Source: a virus
Taxonomy: Duplodnaviria > Caudoviricetes
Length of the DNA stretch: 64,000 bases
Direction: 5' to 3' (one strand)
Virus record (IMG/VR): IMGVR_UViG_3300025674_000014
The translations under genes were made by a program, and so were the position numbers. Shown piece after piece: positions 56,303 to 63,449 of the stretch; position 1 is the first letter of the stretch, and the number at the start of each line of letters is the position of its first letter. The notes below the pieces were generated by a model, which searched no databases, was not told the origin of the DNA, and worked only from the letters and a program-made list of their open reading frames with translations.

Positions 56303-56741
56303 TTTTTAATACTTTCTTATATAATGTAGTTAAATCTTTATCCGATAGACCACTTTGTTTTAGATATACTTCAATATCTTCAATATCGTTAGTATTCTTT
56401 ATTTGTTCCATAACTTTATTATCTAATTGTTTAGATAATTTTTTAGCAATAAACTTCTTAAACATTTTTACAGCTCCTGGTTTATTAGGTGTTATTACTG
56501 GTTTCTTTACACTAAAAATACCTGGCATTGAACCACCTGGCATTAAAACTTTTAGCAAAGGAGGTATACCACCGACCATTGGTCCACCACAAGCCTCGTT
56601 TGTAAGTTCATGTAAAACAAACCCTTCATAACTTTCACTCTCTTCAAAGCCCTGATTAAGAGTTGGATCTACTTTGAACCTAATATACCTTAACCCTTTG
56701 CTCTTTAAGCACTCGGTTAATATACTGTCAAAGTCTTTCAT
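56292..56741 (-). CDS. Hypothetical late protein
   Basis: TTAAATA 7 nt upstream; leader [10 protein letters not shown]. Confidence 0.6.
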   Translation of the reverse strand: MKDFDSILTECLKSKGLRYIRFKVDPTLNQGFEESESYEGFVLHELTNEACGGPMVGGIPPLLKVLMPGGSMPGIFSVKKPVITPNKPGAVKMFKKFIAKKLSKQLDNKVMEQIKNTNDIEDIEVYLKQSGLSDKDLTTLYKKVLKNAA

Positions 56742-56751
56742 ACATTAGTAT

Positions 56752-57819
56752 TTAATCAGATTTGTAATTGATTACGTCAAGTAGGGTTGTATAAAATGGT
56801 TTCTTACTGTTACCATGATAACAAGGTTCACCTTCATGACCGTGATTCCAGTTATCGAACCAAAATAGATTATAACCATGAATTTGAGATATAATACTAT
56901 AATAAGGTTCCTCAGTAAACGGAACTAAATCATGTTCATCAGTAAACCTGTTAAATATTTTCATATATAAAGGTAGTATAACATTATCTAGTTCTTCAAA
57001 TTTACCTCCAAAGAAAGTACCTACTGTCCAGGCAGGGTATTCCTGATTAACATCAGGTGCATTTACACAAGTTTTTATATTGAAAATCTTTTTGTTTGGA
57101 TTATCATTACCCCACCTTCTATTACCTACTTCCCAATCAAATAGTTCTTTAAATATTAAACTTGTTTTTACACCGAAATCTTCCCAATCAGCTTCTGATA
57201 ATCTATCGTTTTGTTGATCTTGGGTGATAAAAAACCAATCTTTATCTTCAAATATACGTTTTATACCGTCAGTAATTTTTTCGTTAAAAATATTATTTTT
57301 ATTTTCAGGCCAAAAATGTGAATCAGGGTATTGTTCGTCAAGTTGGTGTGGGTATACATATTCTGCACCACCTAATGATAAAGGAATTTTACACCATTCA
57401 GATACACCAGCATCAATCCAAAAAACCCTATCACAACCCCATGGGTTATCTTTTGCCATACTACACCATTTTAACTTCCAATGGCAAAGTAATTCATTTC
57501 TTGGTGCATAAATCATTTTACGTTTATTACCTTCATGATCTACATCGTGCCAAATAAATTTGTTTTTAGTTTCTAAAATTTCATATGATCTTGGCCATTC
57601 AAATAAATCTAAACCAATAACTTGAAAATCTTTCCAAAAAGGTTTTAACCATTCGGTTATTTGATCAACCATATGAGGCCAGCAATATAATTGCATTGGC
57701 ATATTAAGCTTAGATAAATTTTTTAAGGAACCTACATATAAAGCCTCGTCATTATCCTTACCACCCATTACCCAATCGGATCTACCATTGTAAACACATG
57801 TAACTAAAACCGGTTTCAT
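56752..57819 (-). CDS. HtrL/WlaTC-like glycan-modifying protein
   Basis: LVTCVY, K...C.MAK.NP, VFWIDAG, GTFFGG, TEE motifs. Confidence 0.65.
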   Translation of the reverse strand: MKPVLVTCVYNGRSDWVMGGKDNDEALYVGSLKNLSKLNMPMQLYCWPHMVDQITEWLKPFWKDFQVIGLDLFEWPRSYEILETKNKFIWHDVDHEGNKRKMIYAPRNELLCHWKLKWCSMAKDNPWGCDRVFWIDAGVSEWCKIPLSLGGAEYVYPHQLDEQYPDSHFWPENKNNIFNEKITDGIKRIFEDKDWFFITQDQQNDRLSEADWEDFGVKTSLIFKELFDWEVGNRRWGNDNPNKKIFNIKTCVNAPDVNQEYPAWTVGTFFGGKFEELDNVILPLYMKIFNRFTDEHDLVPFTEEPYYSIISQIHGYNLFWFDNWNHGHEGEPCYHGNSKKPFYTTLLDVINYKSD

Positions 57820-58400
57820 ATCATTTCGTATTTTAAAAACTCAAAATCCTCTTTATAATAATTGTTTAAAAGATCTAATGTTTCTCTTTTTATCTCACTA
57901 ACTAACTCAGATGTATTTATACTACTCTTATTCTCATGAGGTAAACTTGGAGAGAAATTGTTTGAAGTTGCTAGTAACTCAAAATCTTCCTTTAAATTTT
58001 CAAATCTTAATATCTGACTATAAACTATATTGTTATTAAAATATCTCTTTTGTGGTAAATTATGGTCTGTTATAGCTAAAGGAATTCTGGTAACAAAATT
58101 ATGAAATTTATCTGGTGTAAATTCACCCTCTCTATATATAAACTCAGATATCATTTTTGTATAAGGGTTTCTTACTATGGTAAATTTTTTACTGTTTTTG
58201 TACAATTCTGGGTAATGTTGTTCAATTAAATCTGGAGTAAAATGCTGAGGAGCAAATATTATATTGTTATAACGTTCTTCAGTATAGGTAAAACATTCAT
58301 CTCTATTTTGTTTATCTATTCCAAACTTCTTTTCAATTGAAGAACCACCGGTTTTAGGTATATGTACAAATAGTAAGTTGTAATCTAAAAGGAATGGCAT
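57816..58400 (-). CDS. Sulfotransferase family 2 protein
   Basis: FVHIPKTGGSSIE (5'-PSB), FTIVRNPY (3'-PB), RFENL, YYKEDFEFLKY; TTAAATA 6 nt upstream. Confidence 0.88.
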   Translation of the reverse strand: MPFLLDYNLLFVHIPKTGGSSIEKKFGIDKQNRDECFTYTEERYNNIIFAPQHFTPDLIEQHYPELYKNSKKFTIVRNPYTKMISEFIYREGEFTPDKFHNFVTRIPLAITDHNLPQKRYFNNNIVYSQILRFENLKEDFELLATSNNFSPSLPHENKSSINTSELVSEIKRETLDLLNNYYKEDFEFLKYEMI

Positions 58401-58417
58401 TAAGTTTATTTAAACAG

Positions 58418-58445
58418 TTGAACCTAAAAGTAAATATCCTATTAT
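58418..58445 (+). promoter_or_regulatory. Sigma70-type promoter TTGAAC-N16-TATTAT
   Basis: -10 ends 6 nt before the folE ATG 58452. Confidence 0.65.
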
Positions 58446-58451
58446 TTTAGT

Positions 58452-59108
58452 ATGACTGACGAACAGAGAGTAAAAGAATTTGTACTACCGACGGCTAATA
58501 GTTCGGTAGCATTGACAGATGAACAGCAAAGCATTGTTATTGAAAATGCTGCTAAAGCTTATGAAGCATTCCTAGATGCACTTGGTTTTGATTGGCGTAA
58601 AGACCCTAATAGTGATAATACACCGCATCGTGTAGCTAAGTCTTTCGTTAAAGATCTTATTGCAGGTTGTTATAATGCACCTCCAAAAGTTACTTCGTTT
58701 CCATCTGATGGTTACGATGGTATAGTTGCTCAGACTAATATTCCCGTTAAAAGTCTCTGCAGTCATCATCATCTTGCGTTCACCGGTCGAGCGCATGTTG
58801 CATACATACCTTCACTAGAAGGGCGTGTTATTGGTCTGAGTAAACTAAACCGTATTGTCGAATATTATGCTCGTCGTCCTCAAATTCAGGAAGGTATGAC
58901 AATGCAAATTCATAAAGCTATTGATAAGGTTTGTGAATTGAATAAAGGTGTTGCTGTAGTTATTAAAGCTACCCATACTTGTGCATGTCTTAGGGGTGTT
59001 AAGCATGATGGTTGTTCGATGGTTACTTCTAAACTATCAAAAGACTTTATGGATGATGTTAAGACTCGTAAAGAGTTTTATGACTTTATCCGTATGGCTG
59101 AGTCTTGA
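58452..59108 (+). CDS. folE: GTP cyclohydrolase I
   Basis: TPHRVAK, SLCSHHHLAF, GLSKLNRIV, ARRPQIQE, HTCACLRGV. Confidence 0.96.
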   Translation: MTDEQRVKEFVLPTANSSVALTDEQQSIVIENAAKAYEAFLDALGFDWRKDPNSDNTPHRVAKSFVKDLIAGCYNAPPKVTSFPSDGYDGIVAQTNIPVKSLCSHHHLAFTGRAHVAYIPSLEGRVIGLSKLNRIVEYYARRPQIQEGMTMQIHKAIDKVCELNKGVAVVIKATHTCACLRGVKHDGCSMVTSKLSKDFMDDVKTRKEFYDFIRMAES

Positions 59109-59137
59109 TTCAAAAATTTAGTTGAATAAATAATTCC

Positions 59138-59695
59138 GTGGCTAAGAAAAGTACAGATGATTTAGGTTTTGAAAAGGCTATACTTAAAGTATGTAGTTTA
59201 AGAGAAAAAAATCTTTATGGTCCTGCTTCTAAAGCCGCGGACGATCCTGAAACCGGTATTGTTATTAAACAAAAACCGGCCTTCTTTGTTATTAAGGACT
59301 GTGCTACTATTGCTAAACGATATATGTTTATCATGTGTTACGGTTCCTTAACTGATCCAATTGGGCAACTAAAAGGTAAAGTAAGTGTTGAGGATATTGA
59401 GAATTTTGTATCTAGAAGTCGTAATAAAGCTAATTATGAAACTCGTCAATTACTCAACCTTATTTTTTCTGATATTAATAGTTATATACCTGGTTTAAGA
59501 GAAACTGGTGCTGATGAGTTAGATATTAACTTTGATACTATTGATGAAGAAAATGTATACGGTGATTACGAAGATTTAGGTAATGAACGTATTAAAGAAA
59601 TGGAAAAACAACAGGAGATTCAAAAATCCAAAATCGATTTGAATAATGATCAAGCTGTTGTTGATAAATTAGTTGAAGTATTTGTACTAGACTAA
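59138..59695 (+). CDS. Hypothetical late protein
   Basis: 185 aa; AATAAATA 5 nt before the GTG. Confidence 0.55.
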   Translation: MAKKSTDDLGFEKAILKVCSLREKNLYGPASKAADDPETGIVIKQKPAFFVIKDCATIAKRYMFIMCYGSLTDPIGQLKGKVSVEDIENFVSRSRNKANYETRQLLNLIFSDINSYIPGLRETGADELDINFDTIDEENVYGDYEDLGNERIKEMEKQQEIQKSKIDLNNDQAVVDKLVEVFVLD

Positions 59696-60129
59696 ACTTC
59701 TTCCTTATCTACATCGATAAGTTTATCAATTTTTGATACAAAATCTTTTCCAACAAGTACTGGGTACTCATTTTCTGATCTATCAGCTATAGAAAAAGGA
59801 ACGTCTTTATATTTTTTACCGTCAAATACAATATCGAATAAAACCACAGGTCTTTCTTCTTTATTACCTGAACCAATATGTATAACAACGGTATCTACTA
59901 CTTGCTTTTTAAGTTTTTTGTTGTTAACGGTACCTATAATAATATTATCACCGCGTTTACTTAATATATCACCGTGTAATACGTTATAAGCTCCATTACC
60001 TGAATCTACTTTAGCTTCAACATCACCTACTGAATCAATAGTAATAGGTTCAACTAAGCCGATAACATCATTATCGGCTATTTCGTTTAAAAAGTAGTTT
60101 CTATATATTGTATTAAACCCTTTATTCAT
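59692..60129 (-). CDS. Retropepsin-like protease (RimK-associated/'Zn protease' PF05618-like)
   Basis: EAKVDSGN, ERPVV, FSIADRS, YPVLVGKDF; probable start MNKGF at 60129. Confidence 0.75.
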   Translation of the reverse strand: MNKGFNTIYRNYFLNEIADNDVIGLVEPITIDSVGDVEAKVDSGNGAYNVLHGDILSKRGDNIIIGTVNNKKLKKQVVDTVVIHIGSGNKEERPVVLFDIVFDGKKYKDVPFSIADRSENEYPVLVGKDFVSKIDKLIDVDKEEV

Positions 60130-60307
60130 CGTTTTTTCGTGACTCAAGAATATTTTTTCTTTCGTCTCTTGCTAGTTTAACTAAATCTGCTAAAGCTTTA
60201 CGTGCTCTAGTAGAAGCAGACTTATTATTCTTTTCAGTAAATAAGTCAATATTTTTAACATAAGATGCTACTAAGTCCAAAATTTCTTGTTTTTTAGATT
60301 CTGACAT
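60122..60307 (-). CDS. Hc1-type histone H1-like small basic protein
   Basis: FTEKNNKSASTRARKALADLVKLARDERK matches the Hc1 family core. Confidence 0.7.
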   Translation of the reverse strand: MSESKKQEILDLVASYVKNIDLFTEKNNKSASTRARKALADLVKLARDERKNILESRKNDE

Positions 60308-60380
60308 AATAATAATTATGGTTATGTTAATATTTATCTACGCAAGTTGATTAATATGGTATTTATTAAATAATATGTAC

Positions 60381-61136
60381 ATGAAGAAACTTATTTTTTC
60401 TGTATTATTGGCTGCCGTTACTACTGCTGGTAACGCGCAGGTTAGTGTTGATGCAGGCTATACCTCTGATTTTACAATCGCTGGTACAGCAAGAGCAAAG
60501 GACACAGCTGTCATTGGAATCACGGGGGCAAAGGCTTTAGGAAAAGGATTTACTCTTTACGGGTTTAATTACTTCTTGCCAACAAATGACGGACGTTCTA
60601 AATCTTATACTGATCATCCAGGTTCGGGTCATCAGCATGTAGATGGTATTAAGAATGCTCTTGAAACTAGTAGTCAAAACCATTTTGGTGTTGGACTTGC
60701 TTATGACGTTAATTCACTCGGTGATTTTTCTTTCACCGCTGACGTTCAAGCTGTTTATCACTTGGTAAACGGTCCTCTTCAGGATTCTTTCCAGTATGGA
60801 ATTGGTGCAACATTTGATAGCCTTCCTTTAATTAGTAAGGTTGCAAGTGTTTCTGTTTACTACATGGAAGATATTGATCTTGAAATGGATGGTTTTCAGA
60901 TTGGTTTGAGTAGAGTCTTTGAAAACGTGTTAGTTGATAACGTTAATTTGACTCCTAAGGCCGGTGTCTATTTGTTTGATAGTTTTGATGCTTATTATGC
61001 TTCATTGAGAGCTGATTATACTAAGTATGCTATCAGACCTTATGTTCAGGTAAGTTATTTTGATAACGACTTGACTGGAGATCTTGCACTTGACAATGAT
61101 GTTCAGTATACGGTCGGTCTTAACTATTCCTTCTAA
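60381..61136 (+). CDS. Outer-membrane beta-barrel (TorF/Gcw_chp-like porin)
   Basis: Signal peptide MKKLIFSVLLAAVTTAGNA, alternating beta-strands, C-terminal YTVGLNYSF BAM signal; TTAAATA 8 nt upstream. Confidence 0.75.
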   Translation: MKKLIFSVLLAAVTTAGNAQVSVDAGYTSDFTIAGTARAKDTAVIGITGAKALGKGFTLYGFNYFLPTNDGRSKSYTDHPGSGHQHVDGIKNALETSSQNHFGVGLAYDVNSLGDFSFTADVQAVYHLVNGPLQDSFQYGIGATFDSLPLISKVASVSVYYMEDIDLEMDGFQIGLSRVFENVLVDNVNLTPKAGVYLFDSFDAYYASLRADYTKYAIRPYVQVSYFDNDLTGDLALDNDVQYTVGLNYSF

Positions 61137-61156
61137 ATTATTATCAATAAAAGCAC

Positions 61157-61182
61157 AAAGCCCGCTTCGGCGGGCTTTTTTT
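61157..61182 (+). terminator. Rho-independent terminator with a UUCG tetraloop
   Basis: AAAGCCCGC-TTCG-GCGGGCTTT then TTTT; the upstream A-run suggests bidirectional use. Confidence 0.92.
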
Positions 61183-62590
61183 ATGCATCTTCAAGCCAGT
61201 TAGCAGAAGCAAAGTATAACCCTGATCCTGAACCGCTCTTAAGAGGTGTAACAAAAATATGATATTCATCGGAATTACCTTGAATATCATGACCAAACGT
61301 AACAAAACTTTCTTTTAATGTAGCTAAATCAGCAGCGTTATCTTTAGATACAAAATACGTTGCAAGAACTTGACCACCACTTATGTAAGTAAATCCACTA
61401 CCACCTACACCGTAAGCTACAGCAGAATCTTGAATAGATTTTAATGTAAATGTACCGGTATATGAAGGGTTTCTAATTATTCTAATTCTAGTGTCAATAT
61501 TAGAATCAGTATTAAGAACACTAAAATCAGAAGGCGTAACAACAGCGTTTAATCTTGTAGATGATAAAGCTAACATCATGATAGAACATTCTGTTTTAAC
61601 TGGAATAGAAATTTCTACATTACTTGTTTCTAATGCAGTATCAATTGAACGTAGTGAACCTTGTTTACTAACACCGCCTTCAGAATTAACATTAGCACAA
61701 ATTTGTAATAATTGACCAGGTGTCGAACCGTTTTGTCTTATTTCAGCTCTAATAGGTAAGTTAGGATTTTGAATGAAAACAGAACTAATAGCATTAGCAT
61801 TAGTAACTTGATGACAATAGTAAGTTAACCCATCAACAACAAAACCATATCTAATTCTACCTACACCTAACCATTCAAAATCGATAGTAAATATCTGAGA
61901 TTTAGTAAAATCTAATGTTATACCGCTCGCTCCATTACCATCCATTGTATCGATGTTCCAACTACTTTGAGGTACGGTAATATCAGCAGCGTTACCATTA
62001 TAATTAGATACATTTACAGAAACAACATTATTACTATTTTTAAAATAAACACCATTATACTGATCGTAATCACCAGACGTGTTAGATTTGTATGCACCAT
62101 AAAGCATATCTATATCATTACCACCACTTAATATCCCTGTAAAAAGAAACTGTTGTGATTTGCCTGGTTGATACCCAAAACTTTGAAATGTTTGTCTTAT
62201 AGCATAATCACCGCTGTTTACGGTATACATTTTAGTACCGGAATCTCCAGAACTAAATTCACAAGCTCCTCCACCATTACCAAAATCATCGTATACAAAA
62301 TCTCTCTTACTGTATAACTGTTTTGCTGAAAATATTGCAGTAGGGTTACTAACTCTTAAACGACCAAAAGCATCTATAGCACCACCATCACCAAATGGTA
62401 CGGGGTTGGTTTGTGATTGACCTATATCGTATGTTAAAACTGCTGTTTTAGGAAAAACCTGCGTTTTACTACTTAAATCATTTTCCCAATAAGCAGTAAC
62501 TGGAGGAAAATTAGTATCATTAATTATTTCAACAAACTTTTGATATTCATAGGTTTGAAACCCACCGTTTAATACTGTTTTGAGTGACAT
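61181..62590 (-). CDS. Probable virion structural beta-sandwich protein
   Basis: DAFGRLRVSNP, YQPGKSQ and FEWLGVG motifs recurrent in large myovirus structural proteins. Confidence 0.6.
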   Translation of the reverse strand: MSLKTVLNGGFQTYEYQKFVEIINDTNFPPVTAYWENDLSSKTQVFPKTAVLTYDIGQSQTNPVPFGDGGAIDAFGRLRVSNPTAIFSAKQLYSKRDFVYDDFGNGGGACEFSSGDSGTKMYTVNSGDYAIRQTFQSFGYQPGKSQQFLFTGILSGGNDIDMLYGAYKSNTSGDYDQYNGVYFKNSNNVVSVNVSNYNGNAADITVPQSSWNIDTMDGNGASGITLDFTKSQIFTIDFEWLGVGRIRYGFVVDGLTYYCHQVTNANAISSVFIQNPNLPIRAEIRQNGSTPGQLLQICANVNSEGGVSKQGSLRSIDTALETSNVEISIPVKTECSIMMLALSSTRLNAVVTPSDFSVLNTDSNIDTRIRIIRNPSYTGTFTLKSIQDSAVAYGVGGSGFTYISGGQVLATYFVSKDNAADLATLKESFVTFGHDIQGNSDEYHIFVTPLKSGSGSGLYFASANWLEDA

Positions 62591-62593
62591 ATA

Positions 62594-62851
62594 CTATTTC
62601 TTTTTCTTCCAATTAACTCTTTTAGAGCTTTTCTTTTGATACATTTTACCCTTTATACTTTTACATGCACTTTTAGTAGGTCTGCATGCAGGGTAGCTAC
62701 CACCTGACTTTTTAGATTTACGTCCACAAGGACCACCAGTTTTACAATTTACCCATCCAGAGAATTTCTTACCGGTTTTAGGGTCCTTACCACCTCTTTT
62801 AAACCATTGATGTAAATTATCTGAAGCTTCGTAAAACTGTTTAAAAGTCAT
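62594..62851 (-). CDS. Small Lys/Gly/Cys-rich basic protein
   Basis: LHQWFK...WVNCKTGGPCGRK...YPACRP; leader MTFKQFYEA. Confidence 0.65.
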   Translation of the reverse strand: MTFKQFYEASDNLHQWFKRGGKDPKTGKKFSGWVNCKTGGPCGRKSKKSGGSYPACRPTKSACKSIKGKMYQKKSSKRVNWKKKK

Positions 62852-62949
62852 TTTCTCTTCTTACCTACACGCTTTTTGGTAACGGTTACTGTCTTGCGTG
62901 TACGAATTCCGTTTTTTGTACTCTCTTTTACTATTTGTCTTTTTCCCAT
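62848..62949 (-). CDS. 33 aa Lys/Arg-rich micro-protein (not in the ORF track)
   Basis: Hand translation MGKRQIVKESTKNGIRTRKTVTVTKKRVGKKRK; GTAAATA 5 nt upstream; TGA overlaps the next ATG. Confidence 0.6.
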   Translation of the reverse strand: MGKRQIVKESTKNGIRTRKTVTVTKKRVGKKRK

Positions 62950-62960
62950 ATTATTATTTA

Positions 62961-63125
62961 CTATTTTTTATTTTTCTTCCAAATTTTACCTTTACGGCAT
63001 CTAACTATAGCGCCTGATTTATATGCAGATGTTTTCTTACCATATACTTTATCAGCACGTGATTTACAACGATCTTCTGATAGTAAGTTAAGTATATCTT
63101 CTATTTTTTTGTTAAAGTTATTCAT
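62961..63125 (-). CDS. 54 aa basic micro-protein (not in the ORF track)
   Basis: Hand translation MNNFNKKIEDILNLLSEDRCKSRADKVYGKKTSAYKSGAIVRCRKGKIWKKNKK; TAATG overlap with the upstream gene. Confidence 0.65.
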   Translation of the reverse strand: MNNFNKKIEDILNLLSEDRCKSRADKVYGKKTSAYKSGAIVRCRKGKIWKKNKK

Positions 63126-63427
63126 TACCAATTTTGACATGAAAGTTTCTTAGCTGTACCGGGTTTTGCAGAAGAACATTTGTGTCTTGCTCTAAAGCTT
63201 TTACGTCTTTTAGGATTACTCTTCTTAATGCGACTATTAGGGTCTCCGTAATGGACCCTTTTGTATCCCTTACCGGAAGGGTTCTTTACACACTTCATAT
63301 ACTTCTTACTTTTAAGGTAAGAGCTAGCTTGTTTAGTAGCTTTAGTGCAACGGCTACCTTTTTTCTCCATAATCTTAACCAATTCAAAGTCTTCGGTAAG
63401 AAAATCACACAATGCATCAAAATCCAT
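63125..63427 (-). CDS. Small basic Cys-containing protein
   Basis: HYGDPNSRIKKSNPKRRKSFRARHKC...SCQNW; leader MDFDALCDFLTE. Confidence 0.7.
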   Translation of the reverse strand: MDFDALCDFLTEDFELVKIMEKKGSRCTKATKQASSYLKSKKYMKCVKNPSGKGYKRVHYGDPNSRIKKSNPKRRKSFRARHKCSSAKPGTAKKLSCQNW

Positions 63428-63432
63428 ACAAT

Positions 63433-63444
63433 TATTTATAAATA
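63433..63444. promoter_or_regulatory. Palindromic bidirectional late promoter TATTTATAAATA
   Basis: Two overlapping TATAAATA boxes, each 5 nt from a divergent ATG (63427 and 63450). Confidence 0.8.
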
Positions 63445-63449
63445 TTAGT

